A stretch of DNA of 64,000 nucleotides, taken from Bdellovibrionales bacterium (lineage in GTDB: Bacteria > Bdellovibrionota > Bdellovibrionia > Bdellovibrionales > Bdellovibrionaceae). The notes beneath the pieces were generated by a model. The model saw only the letters and a program-made list of their open reading frames with translations, did no database searches and was not told the DNA's origin. Shown piece by piece: positions 9,567-18,059 of this stretch. The position numbers and the translations under genes are program-made. The DNA is taken from NCBI GenBank assembly GCA_031370005.1, contig JANMPT010000097.1, positions 83,925 to 147,924 of the forward strand. Reading direction: 5' to 3'. Position 1 is the stretch's first letter. Each line of letters opens with the position of its first letter.

Positions 9567-10901
9567 CTAAATGCCTCGCGCGATGGATTTAATATTACAG
9601 AATTCATAAAAGCCAAAATTTCCAAGCTCACGACCATGGCCAGAGTCCTTTACTCCACCAAAAGGCAAGCGAGCATCAGATTTTAAAAAGTCATTAACAA
9701 CAACAAAACCAGCATCCATTTTTTCTGCAACCAATTCCAGAGCCTTTTCTGGGTTCCCAGAAAAAATCCCCCCGCCTAAACCAAAGGGCGATGAATTTGC
9801 TATCTCAAAGGCCTCATCAACACTATCAGCCTTTAATACAATTGCGACGGGACCGAAAAGTTCTTCCATATGAATTTCGGGATCATTCTTATCAAAGACC
9901 AAGAGCGTTGGAGGATAAAATGCACCCACGCTGGAGGGAATGGTTCCGCCGAGATGTACCTTTCCAGAAAGTCTTTTCATTTTCTCGACCTGTTCTTGAA
10001 GTTGTGTTTGAAACTTTATACTAGCCAATGGCAGACTCGGATAGGTAGATAGCTCTGCCTTCATTTGTTTGACGAAGTTCTCATAAACATCTTTATGTGC
10101 TATAAATCTTTTTGCAGCAATACAACTTTGCCCATTATTGATCATTCTCCCTTTTGCACAGATTTTTGCTGATTTTTCGATATCAGCATCCGCCATAATA
10201 ATATATGCATCACTGCCACCCAACTCCAATACGGTTTTCTTCAAAGCTTCACCAGCAATCTTTGCGACCTCCCGCCCCCCACGAGTACTTCCTGTGAAAG
10301 TCACACCTCTGATTTTTGGATTATGAATCAATCGTGCGGCTTCAGAGTGATCAATATGCAAATTAAAAACAATTTGTTCGTCGTAAATATTACTGCAAAG
10401 CTCTTCAATCTTCGAAGCACATCCAGCTGTTAAGTCAGAGTGCTTGAGCAAAACGACATTGCCAATCATAATGGAAGGAGCAGCGAAGCGAATAAACTGC
10501 CAAAATGGAAAATTCCATGGCATGATAGAAAAAACAATTCCCAAAGGCTCAAAGCGTACTTCGCTGTATGCATAGTTTGCAGATATCGGTTGAGGTTTTA
10601 AAAACTCAGGACCCATTTCTGCAAAATAATCACAGGCCATTGCGCATTTTTCAATTTCAGCAATTCCCTCAGCGAGAACCTTGCCCATTTCTTGATGCAT
10701 CAATAAAGCGAGTTCATTTTTATGCTCGCGAAGGTTCTTTGCCAATTTTTTTAAAGACTCTGCTCTGCGAGAAATTGAAACTTGCCGCCATGCTTGTAGG
10801 CTGTAGGAGGCTTTTTCAACAATGGCATCAATTTCTTTAAGACTGAGATAATTGTATGTCTGGACCACTTCACCTGTGGCTGGATTAATTGTCTGAAACA
10901 T
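9567..10901 (-). CDS. NAD(P)-dependent aldehyde dehydrogenase (succinate-semialdehyde dehydrogenase-like)
   Basis: MPWNFP, FTGSTRGG, LELGGSD, NGQSC, EELFGP and PFGGVKDSG motifs. Confidence 0.9.
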   Translation of the reverse strand: MFQTINPATGEVVQTYNYLSLKEIDAIVEKASYSLQAWRQVSISRRAESLKKLAKNLREHKNELALLMHQEMGKVLAEGIAEIEKCAMACDYFAEMGPEFLKPQPISANYAYSEVRFEPLGIVFSIMPWNFPFWQFIRFAAPSIMIGNVVLLKHSDLTAGCASKIEELCSNIYDEQIVFNLHIDHSEAARLIHNPKIRGVTFTGSTRGGREVAKIAGEALKKTVLELGGSDAYIIMADADIEKSAKICAKGRMINNGQSCIAAKRFIAHKDVYENFVKQMKAELSTYPSLPLASIKFQTQLQEQVEKMKRLSGKVHLGGTIPSSVGAFYPPTLLVFDKNDPEIHMEELFGPVAIVLKADSVDEAFEIANSSPFGLGGGIFSGNPEKALELVAEKMDAGFVVVNDFLKSDARLPFGGVKDSGHGRELGNFGFYEFCNIKSIARGI

Positions 10902-10936
10902 ATGAACACCTCCACTCGGGAGGGATCATAGCGCGC

Positions 10937-11164
10937 TTAGATCTCCAAGAAAACCTGATAAAACGAGATGACAAGGGCTAGCAAAAAACAGCCCGTCATA
11001 ATTCCCCAAGAAAAAACCCTATATGCTTTACCAACTCTTAGCGCACTTTTCGTATAATTTGTGCTATTAAACACGGGAATTGGAACTAGCATGGCTTTCA
11101 TAAACTGATGCGCACATGCGCAAAAAAGTGTGACTGATATAAGTGAAAGTAAATATGTATTCAT
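10937..11164 (-). CDS. Small two-TM membrane protein of unknown function
   Basis: 75-aa ORF with two hydrophobic segments; preceded by a sigma28-like -10 element. Confidence 0.55.
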   Translation of the reverse strand: MNTYLLSLISVTLFCACAHQFMKAMLVPIPVFNSTNYTKSALRVGKAYRVFSWGIMTGCFLLALVISFYQVFLEI

Positions 11165-11171
11165 AACTCAC

Positions 11172-11198
11172 TTATCGGCTCAAAATGAGAATAATAGA
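11172..11198 (-). promoter_or_regulatory. Putative sigma28-type promoter overlapping a CTCA-AAA-TGAG palindrome
   Basis: Perfect GCCGATAA on the - strand (11179-11172), 7 nt before ATG 11164; weak -35. Confidence 0.55.
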
Positions 11199-11226
11199 GT
11201 CTAGTTCAAGCAGTGCCGGACTCTTG

Positions 11227-11598
11227 CTATGAGTCTTTTGCTGGGGGATCTTTTTTGAGGATCTCGACTTCCGCCGAGATTTTAAACTTATGGGTTTCAG
11301 CAAATCTGGAGAGCTCCTTCACAAAATCAATTTTCTGGATCATTGCTACGACCTCTTTACTCATGCGCTGAGTGATTTCATCTTTAGATTTTGAAGCGCT
11401 TTGTAAGAGCGCTTGAAGGACTTCTTTAGGAAGTTTTATCTCACCAAGATAACCACGGATACTTTCCTCCGTAAGAAAAGCAGCGCTAATACCCACGGTA
11501 AAAACCTTTTTAAGCGCCTCGGTAAGAAGAGACTTTCCATCTTCAGCTTTGCTCTCGCCGATATCTTTCTTTGAAGTAGGTTTTCCGTCAGAGGTCAT
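11227..11598 (-). CDS. Hypothetical protein (amphipathic-helical, weakly phasin-like)
   Basis: 123-aa ORF with RBS; KKVFTVGISAAFLTEESIR segment; co-directional with neighbours. Confidence 0.6.
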   Translation of the reverse strand: MTSDGKPTSKKDIGESKAEDGKSLLTEALKKVFTVGISAAFLTEESIRGYLGEIKLPKEVLQALLQSASKSKDEITQRMSKEVVAMIQKIDFVKELSRFAETHKFKISAEVEILKKDPPAKDS

Positions 11599-11609
11599 AA
11601 TTCAATTCC

Positions 11610-12041
11610 TTATTTTCTGTAAATCTGAGCAACCCGTTTATGATATGCACTCATCATTCCAGGTAAATTGACACTGACGAGGGCATTGGCAATAGGACTT
11701 GGGACAAACATACTGAATGTCGCCTCTATCGTATATACTGCACGACATTTTCCGGCCTCGTCCTCCAACTTCCAAGAACCAATGGCTGTTTTAAACAAAT
11801 CACCGCCAGCAAACTCCCAGTTAATTGAGTTCGGTGAATTTTCAGTCATCCACATAGAATATTTAAAGGATTTAATCACAGAAACATTGTACTCAACAAG
11901 TTTTCGATTACCCTCAGTTTTAACAATTTTGCATTGCTTAACCTCTTGAAGGAACTCATGGTACCTCTCGTAATCAGAGATAACTTTAAAAAACTCTTCC
12001 GTTGTACAATTGAAAACTTCTGTTGTAGATGCTTTAGCCAT
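11610..12041 (-). CDS. SRPBCC/Coq10/RatA-type cyclase-dehydrase fold protein
   Basis: VISDYERYHEFL...CKIV and GSWKLE pattern of START/SRPBCC proteins. Confidence 0.8.
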   Translation of the reverse strand: MAKASTTEVFNCTTEEFFKVISDYERYHEFLQEVKQCKIVKTEGNRKLVEYNVSVIKSFKYSMWMTENSPNSINWEFAGGDLFKTAIGSWKLEDEAGKCRAVYTIEATFSMFVPSPIANALVSVNLPGMMSAYHKRVAQIYRK

Positions 12042-12105
12042 AAAACAAGTTTTGCGGACTCACCGATGGGTGTCAATAACGAGTTTGAAACTATTATGTT
12101 ACCTT

Positions 12106-12402
12106 TTAAGACTTTTTAAAAAGAGCCTCAGCCGCTGCCCTTAGTGCTGCTGCTTTGTCCACACCGCTGCCTTCACCATTTCGCGGAGAAAAATAATCGC
12201 AAAAATTTGCACGATCTCTCTCTTTCACGGAATCCGCCAGGGGCTCTCGACACTCATTATAGATTTTTGGATCATAGAATTCACAGTTTTTACAAACATG
12301 AACATCGGCATGGCACTGCGGGCACTCGTCGCGACGTCCAACGATGCCTGGAACTTGAATCTCTTTATTGCAATTAAAACAATACAAGGACTGTGTATTC
12401 AT
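12106..12402 (-). CDS. Cys-rich putative zinc-binding protein
   Basis: CxxC, CPQC and CKNC pairs plus ANFCDYF; no signal peptide. Confidence 0.7.
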   Translation of the reverse strand: MNTQSLYCFNCNKEIQVPGIVGRRDECPQCHADVHVCKNCEFYDPKIYNECREPLADSVKERDRANFCDYFSPRNGEGSGVDKAAALRAAAEALFKKS

Positions 12403-12404
12403 AA

Positions 12405-13370
12405 TTATTTGTAGTTTGGCTTCTGATTGAGCTTATGATGAGCCTCAATTGTACGAATTGTCCCCGTCGCCGAACGCATCACTACTGAATGAGTTTTTGC
12501 CTGACGACCAGGCAGTGTTTTTACACCCTTCAAAAATGGACCATCAGTTACACCGGTTGCTACGAACATCACAGAGCCACTAGCCAGCTCGTCAACACTA
12601 TATTTTTTAGTAAGGTCTTTGATACCCATTTTAGTGGCACGTTCTTTTTCATGTTCATTACGAAATTTCAAGCGGCCTTGAAAATCTCCTCCCAAACATT
12701 GCATTGCTGCTGCAGAGATGACCCCTTCTGGAGCCCCACCAATCCCCATCAGTAAATCAATACCAGAATCCGGCCATGCCGTTGCAATAGCTGCTGAAAC
12801 ATCGCCATCACCAATCAGGTGAATGCGGGCTCCGGTTTTACGAACCTCAGCAATCAAAGCCTCATGGCGAGGACGATCCAAAATTACCACAGTCAAATCA
12901 CCCACAGTTTTTTTCAAGGCATCCGCAACGCATTTCACATTTTCTGTTGGCGTTTTATCAATGTCGATGCAACCCTTTGCCCCAGGACCACAGGCGATTT
13001 TATCCATGTAAGTGTCAGGCGCATGCAGAAAATTGCCTTTTTCTGCAACCGCAATTACAGACACTGAACCCACTCCGCCAGTAGCACAAATTGTCGTGCC
13101 TTCAAGGGGATCTAAAGCAATATCAATCGCTGGTGCGTTGTGTGCTTTGTTTCCGACTTTTTCACCGATATAAAGCATCGGAGCCTCATCGCGCTCCCCT
13201 TCACCGATGACCACAGTCCCGTCAATATTAACGCTGTCAAAAGCTTTTCTCATTGCATCAACAGCAGCTTTATCTGCCGCTTTCTCATCACCATGGCCAG
13301 TCCACTCGGCACAGGCCAAAGCGGCAGCTTCTGTAATACGTACAAACTCTAAAGCCAAGTTTCTGTCCAT
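12405..13370 (-). CDS. glpX: Class II fructose-1,6-bisphosphatase
   Basis: MDRNLALE, VIGEGERDEAPML, DPLEGT and GGAPEGV motifs; start set at ATG 13370. Confidence 0.96.
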   Translation of the reverse strand: MDRNLALEFVRITEAAALACAEWTGHGDEKAADKAAVDAMRKAFDSVNIDGTVVIGEGERDEAPMLYIGEKVGNKAHNAPAIDIALDPLEGTTICATGGVGSVSVIAVAEKGNFLHAPDTYMDKIACGPGAKGCIDIDKTPTENVKCVADALKKTVGDLTVVILDRPRHEALIAEVRKTGARIHLIGDGDVSAAIATAWPDSGIDLLMGIGGAPEGVISAAAMQCLGGDFQGRLKFRNEHEKERATKMGIKDLTKKYSVDELASGSVMFVATGVTDGPFLKGVKTLPGRQAKTHSVVMRSATGTIRTIEAHHKLNQKPNYK

Positions 13371-13756
13371 TTTTCTTTCTCCAGGATTTGTTTCATTTCT
13401 CTTGGTAAGCGTATTAACTTCAAGCTTTGATCTAGGCATACATGTGCCGTTTCTGCAACTGCCAAAACCCAACCACGGGCATTCAAACGATACTGTATAT
13501 AAACTCGGATCCCCACAGATTTTACTTCGAGCTGAATTTCGATCTCATCGCCAAAAAGTGCCGGTTTTAGATGACGCACACGGGTTTCATATACCGCAAA
13601 AAGATTGGCCGAACCGCGCTTTTGATAATCGAGCAAGCCTCGAGAGTGAGCCCAGTGAACACGAGCTTCCTCGCAATAACGCAGGTAATTGCTATGATGA
13701 ACAATCCCCATCTCATCGGTCTCATAGTACTGAACACGGTGTTGATAAGTGTGCAT
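13349..13756 (-). CDS. Acyl-CoA thioesterase (YbgC/FadM family)
   Basis: RVQYYETDEMGIVHHSNYLRYCEEAR hotdog motif. Confidence 0.9.
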   Translation of the reverse strand: MHTYQHRVQYYETDEMGIVHHSNYLRYCEEARVHWAHSRGLLDYQKRGSANLFAVYETRVRHLKPALFGDEIEIQLEVKSVGIRVYIQYRLNARGWVLAVAETAHVCLDQSLKLIRLPREMKQILEKEKWTETWL

Positions 13757-13918
13757 AACTCCCTTAAATGCTCAAGCGATACAATCACAAAAACAAGCTG
13801 AGAGGCAAAGCGTTTATTCAAATTATATTTTTTAAGCTGCTTCCTTTTTACTTACATACATTGACAGCATGGAAGTCACCTTGAGAAGATCAACCAAAGC
13901 AAACAAAGGATCTACATC

Positions 13919-14506
13919 TTGAATACAACGACGCCTCAGGCGGCCTTACCTTCATGGAAACTACAGCTTCCTATGTGGATTACAATCAGTCGCATCGCGA
14001 TGGTCCCCTTCGTGCTTTTATGTATGTTGCCCAACAGCTTTTGGTGGAATATCTTTGCTGCATTTTTGTTCACCCTAGCGTCTATCACTGATTATTATGA
14101 TGGTTATTTTGCCCGTAAATACAATGCAGTCTCTAACATGGGTAAATTTATGGATCCTGTTGCGGATAAAATCTTAGTCAGCAGTATCCTTGTGATGATG
14201 GCCTATTACCAAAAAATTGATCCGTGGATGGTGGTAGTTATTTTAGGACGGGACAACTTTATTAGTGGAATTCGTGCTGTTGCCTCCGCCGATGGCATTA
14301 TTATGGCAGCAAAATCAGCTGGAAAATGGAAAACTGCCCTGCAAATGGGCGCTATTCCCGGCTTGCTGATTGGAGAAATTCCAGGGTATTTGCCATATCT
14401 TGGCAAAATTGCTTACGGACTCTTGTGGATCAGCGTTCTATTAAGTATAAGTAGTGGTGTTGAATATTATATGTCCTATATGCAGAGCCGCAAAGCAAAA
14501 GGGTAA
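13919..14506 (+). CDS. pgsA: CDP-diacylglycerol--glycerol-3-phosphate 3-phosphatidyltransferase
   Basis: TDYYDGYFARK...GKFMDPVADK motif and GKWKT. Confidence 0.95.
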   Translation: MNTTTPQAALPSWKLQLPMWITISRIAMVPFVLLCMLPNSFWWNIFAAFLFTLASITDYYDGYFARKYNAVSNMGKFMDPVADKILVSSILVMMAYYQKIDPWMVVVILGRDNFISGIRAVASADGIIMAAKSAGKWKTALQMGAIPGLLIGEIPGYLPYLGKIAYGLLWISVLLSISSGVEYYMSYMQSRKAKG

Positions 14507-14509
14507 ACA

Positions 14510-14653
14510 ATGCTACTTCATATGTCCCCAAGAGATTGGTTTTTTATTTTCCTAGCAGTTCTGTTGGCTAGCTATGTGAAGATGGCTTCCGCAAAAACTC
14601 ACCCCTCAATGAACCCTCTCTTTAAGCTTGCTAAGATCAGCCGCTTGATTTGA
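14510..14653 (+). CDS. Putative 47-aa single-TM small protein (not in the ORF track)
   Basis: ATG 3 nt after the pgsA stop; MLLHMSPRDWFFIFLAVLLASYVKMASAK... Confidence 0.3.
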   Translation: MLLHMSPRDWFFIFLAVLLASYVKMASAKTHPSMNPLFKLAKISRLI

Positions 14654-14794
14654 AACTTCAGAGGCTGTCATTCGTAAATTCGTTTCATTTCCAAGCTTTT
14701 TTACTCCCCAAAAATAGCCCATAAAATAAGCGCTTACGCCTAAAAGAGAGATGGCAGACCATTTGATAAGAGTTTTTTTAAAAAAACCAAGCAT
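14606..14794 (-). CDS. Putative small single-TM protein
   Basis: 62-aa ORF with hydrophobic WSAISLLGVSAYFMGYFWG segment. Confidence 0.4.
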   Translation of the reverse strand: MLGFFKKTLIKWSAISLLGVSAYFMGYFWGVKKLGNETNLRMTASEVSNQAADLSKLKERVH

Positions 14795-14810
14795 GAAAAA
14801 TATTTACCCG

Positions 14811-14839
14811 TTGACAGGAAGAATATGCAACTGTAATTT
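14811..14839 (+). promoter_or_regulatory. Sigma70-type promoter for tRNA-Gly
   Basis: TTGACA-N17-TAATTT, 21 nt upstream of the tRNA. Confidence 0.65.
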
Positions 14840-14860
14840 TCGTCAGAAGTTCGTAATGAC

Positions 14861-14936
14861 GCGGGAATAGCTCAGTTGATAGAGCGATGCCTTGCCAAGG
14901 CATAGGTCGCGGGTTTGAGTCCCGTTTCCCGCTCCA
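14861..14936 (+). tRNA. tRNA-Gly (anticodon GCC)
   Basis: Full cloverleaf: GCGGGAA/TTCCCGC acceptor stem, GCTC/GAGC D-stem, ATGCC-TTGCCAA-GGCAT anticodon arm, GCGGG-TTTGAGT-CCCGT T-arm, encoded CCA. Confidence 0.97.
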
Positions 14937-14951
14937 AACCTCACAAGTTTG

Positions 14952-14985
14952 GGTTCTCCGGCTCCCCTGTCATTGAGGGAGAACC
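14952..14985. terminator. Hairpin between the tRNA and the convergent thioredoxin gene
   Basis: GGTTCTCC...GGAGAACC inverted repeat; no strong U-tract. Confidence 0.35.
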
Positions 14986-15342
14986 TTAAGTCGATATCCC
15001 AAAAAGATCACTAATTGCCTTTTCAAAACTCTCTTTCGGAATAAACCCCGATGACATCGCTGGTTCACCCTTTATTGGAATAAAAAGAATAGCTGGAATG
15101 CCCCGAACACCAAACAGCGCTGCCAATTCCGGAGATATTTCAGTGTTCACCTTATATACATCTAACTTACCGGAGTACTGGGCCGAGACTTCATCCAATA
15201 CGGGAGCCAATGCGCGGCACGGCCCGCACCAGTCTGCATAAAAATCAATAATTGCTGGTCTATATCCCTTAAATAACCAGTCTTTTGAGGCTTCAAAGTC
15301 AAAAATTTTTGATTTAAATGTCTCAATATTCAGTATTTCCAT
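14986..15342 (-). CDS. Thioredoxin
   Basis: IIDFYADWCGPC and RGIP motifs; start at ATG 15342 behind a GGAG RBS. Confidence 0.92.
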   Translation of the reverse strand: MEILNIETFKSKIFDFEASKDWLFKGYRPAIIDFYADWCGPCRALAPVLDEVSAQYSGKLDVYKVNTEISPELAALFGVRGIPAILFIPIKGEPAMSSGFIPKESFEKAISDLFGIST

Positions 15343-15382
15343 AACAATCTCCTTTACAGTTATCATATGTTAATATTATTAT

Positions 15383-15727
15383 ATGTTAATGCATACAATA
15401 AAGACAAAAAAATATTTACCAAAAAAATCAGTTTCAATCACAAAAATAGAAAATGCTTGTGAAACTGTCGCTTCCATTCTTAAAGAACTTTCACACCCGC
15501 AAAGGTTGCTGATTTTAGGCCATCTTTTGGAGGGCACGAAAACGGTTTCGCAGCTGGTAAAATCTTGTGAGATCTCACAGTCACAGATGTCTCATTTTTT
15601 AATGAGAATGCGATTTGCTGGGCTTGTAGAGTCAGAAAAAAAAGGCAAATTTCAGTTTTATTCCTTGGCAGACAAGCGATTGATTCAATTGATGAAGACT
15701 ATTCAAACTGAGTATTGCAAAGGATAG
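15383..15727 (+). CDS. ArsR/SmtB family repressor (BigR/SqrR-like)
   Basis: LKELSHPQRLLIL, SQSQMSHFL HTH, C-terminal EYC. Confidence 0.85.
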   Translation: MLMHTIKTKKYLPKKSVSITKIENACETVASILKELSHPQRLLILGHLLEGTKTVSQLVKSCEISQSQMSHFLMRMRFAGLVESEKKGKFQFYSLADKRLIQLMKTIQTEYCKG

Positions 15728-16342
15728 GTGAACATGAAGAACCAATGGGATGAGCGTTACGAACAAGCAGATTATTATTACGGCACGGAGCCAAGTTCGT
15801 TTTTAGTAGAGCATTCGTCATATTTTAGCAAAGGTGATCGGGTTTTGTGCTTAGCCGAAGGCGAGGGCCGAAATGCGGTTTATCTCGCAAAACTTGGATG
15901 TGAAGTCACAGCTGTAGATTCCTCTTCTGCCGGGCTTGAAAAGCTTCAATTATTAGCTGATAAAAATAGCGTTAAAATCAAAACAGTCTGCTCGGATCTA
16001 AATGACTTTTCCTTTGTGGATGACTACTGGGACGCTGTCGTTTCAATTTGGTGTCATGTTCCGAGCCCGCTTCGTACAAAGATACATCAAAATATCTTAA
16101 GAAGCTTAAAATTCGACGGGAAATTTTTCCTTGAAGCCTATACCCCAGATCAGCTTAAACTTAAAACCGTGGGTCCTCAAAATCCTGATCTGATGCCCAC
16201 ACTTGCACAAATTAAAAATGAGCTTCGAGGTCTTAGGCCTTTGCTCGAACAAGAAACTACGCGCTTAGTTTCTGAAGGCGTTGGACATCAGGGAATGAGC
16301 GCAGTTGTTCAATTCATTGGAACGAAAGGTCAACTCAAATGA
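15728..16342 (+). CDS. Class I SAM-dependent methyltransferase (TehB-like)
   Basis: WDERY...YGTEP and VLCLAEGEGRNAVYLA motif. Confidence 0.88.
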   Translation: MNMKNQWDERYEQADYYYGTEPSSFLVEHSSYFSKGDRVLCLAEGEGRNAVYLAKLGCEVTAVDSSSAGLEKLQLLADKNSVKIKTVCSDLNDFSFVDDYWDAVVSIWCHVPSPLRTKIHQNILRSLKFDGKFFLEAYTPDQLKLKTVGPQNPDLMPTLAQIKNELRGLRPLLEQETTRLVSEGVGHQGMSAVVQFIGTKGQLK

Positions 16343-16692
16343 ACCTAAATGATTATGAAAGTTATTTGATTCCCACCGCCTTATTTGGATTCTTTGTATG
16401 GCGTTTGCTAAAATATAAAAAAATAAAAGCAATTCTACCTAAACTTGTCGAAGAAGGCGCTATTGTTGTTGATGTGCGAAGCGTGAGTGAGTTTCAACAA
16501 GGATCGCGACCTGGAAGTGTAAATATTCCACTTGGTGAAATAAACTCTCGGTCTAATGAACTCGATAAAAACAAAACTATTATTCTTTGTTGTGCCTCAG
16601 GTTCTCGTAGCGGAATGGCAGTTGGTATTTTAAAAAAGAATGGATTTAAAAACGTCGTAAATGCTGGGTCTTGGATGAACACTCTAAATTGA
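16339..16692 (+). CDS. Membrane-anchored rhodanese (sulfurtransferase)
   Basis: N-terminal TM helix, VDVRSVSEF, active-site loop CASGSRS. Confidence 0.9.
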   Translation: MNLNDYESYLIPTALFGFFVWRLLKYKKIKAILPKLVEEGAIVVDVRSVSEFQQGSRPGSVNIPLGEINSRSNELDKNKTIILCCASGSRSGMAVGILKKNGFKNVVNAGSWMNTLN

Positions 16693-16727
16693 AAAAAAAC
16701 AATGAACTGGCCATTGAAAGGCATAAT

Positions 16728-18059
16728 ATGAAACTACGAAGCATTACAGGGGGACTCGTTCTGACTATTTGCAGTTTATCACATGCAGAAACGCTCTCAT
16801 TTAAATCAGCTTGGAATAGGATTAATGCAAACTCTGCAGCGCAAGAGTCTTCGCGCTTACAAACAGAAGCTCTTAGTGAAGCTCAGTCCAGAGCAACACG
16901 CCACTGGCTTCCTCGGATATATTTAGACGCCAAAAGCTACCAAACAAATGATCCGGGGGCTTCCTTCCTTGGCCTTTTGGAACAAAGATCTCTTCAGCAA
17001 AGTGATTTTAGCCCTGACTCCATCAATCACCCAGATACCCATATATATACAAGAGGAGCGCTCGGTGTTGATTTTCCACTTTTTGAGGGAGGTCTAAAAT
17101 CAGCTCAAATTGATTTATACAAGCACTCAGTTGCTGCTCAACAAAATTCAACTTCTCAAATACAAATTGAGCAGTACTCTCAAGTCGGCCTTTCTTATGG
17201 ATCAATCATAATTCTTGAATTGCAAAAAAATAAGCTACAAACACTAAACACTGAAATTACAAAAATGATTAAAGACTACCGACTTGGAAGCAAATCCAAT
17301 CCCATAGGATATTCAGGTTTACTAGGAATGAAATCATTGCGAAACCGCCTCATTGGTCTTATCAGCCAATATGAAGCGCAAAGTAGATCCTACTATGCAA
17401 TTCTTAAGGAAATGGGGCTAAAAGATACAGAATGGTCACCAGAGTCTTTGGAGTCATTGGCATTTGTAAACAACTATCTGTCATCTCAAATTGTTAGTTC
17501 ATCATCATTTAAGATCGAAAATACAAAAGAAAATGTGAAAGTCAGTGAAGAAATGACAAATATGGAAAAAGCTAAATTTCTGCCTAGAGTCGGTGTCTTT
17601 GCTGAGAATTACATTTTCAATAGTAATCGCAATACTGCAAACGGCTATAATGCCGGCGTTTATTTGCAATGGAGCCTTTTTGATCCCGCAAATTACGGCT
17701 CGCTCAGAGAGTCCAAATTGAAATCCCTAGCTGCTGCCAAAAGCTCAGTGGCTTCCGAGCAAGAAGAACGGGCTGAACGCACTGCCCTGCTTGAATCAAT
17801 GAGCTCACTTCGTGAAAATATAGCACTCCTTAGTGAAAGCCATAAAATTCTTATTGAACAATCTAAAATGACAGAGACTCTTTTTCGCAATGGTTCAATC
17901 AATGCGCTGCAAATTGTTGAAGTACTTAGCCGTCGAGCTGATCTTATTGTCCAGCAAGTTGATACGGAGCTTAGTTTAATTAAAACTAGCTCTCAAATCA
18001 TTACTAAAGAAAAATTTAATATTGAAGCACACCTTGGAGCTAAAAATGAAATCCACTAA
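16728..18059 (+). CDS. TolC-family outer membrane efflux channel
   Basis: Signal peptide from ATG 16728; two OEP repeats (WLPRIYL/FPLFEGG and FLPRVGV/WSLFD). Confidence 0.85.
   Translation: MKLRSITGGLVLTICSLSHAETLSFKSAWNRINANSAAQESSRLQTEALSEAQSRATRHWLPRIYLDAKSYQTNDPGASFLGLLEQRSLQQSDFSPDSINHPDTHIYTRGALGVDFPLFEGGLKSAQIDLYKHSVAAQQNSTSQIQIEQYSQVGLSYGSIIILELQKNKLQTLNTEITKMIKDYRLGSKSNPIGYSGLLGMKSLRNRLIGLISQYEAQSRSYYAILKEMGLKDTEWSPESLESLAFVNNYLSSQIVSSSSFKIENTKENVKVSEEMTNMEKAKFLPRVGVFAENYIFNSNRNTANGYNAGVYLQWSLFDPANYGSLRESKLKSLAAAKSSVASEQEERAERTALLESMSSLRENIALLSESHKILIEQSKMTETLFRNGSINALQIVEVLSRRADLIVQQVDTELSLIKTSSQIITKEKFNIEAHLGAKNEIH

Noticed and set aside
9567..9637. 71-bp overlap of tilS with the ALDH gene (similar cases at glpX, tolC, psd and the cytochromes)
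   Set aside because: Artefacts of longest-ORF start choice; downstream starts remove or shrink the overlaps
12106..12402. CPQCH as a haem c motif
   Set aside because: No signal peptide and multiple CxxC pairs; more consistent with cytoplasmic zinc binding
13207..13758. 183-aa + strand ORF
   Set aside because: Antisense shadow of glpX and the thioesterase gene; no recognisable motifs
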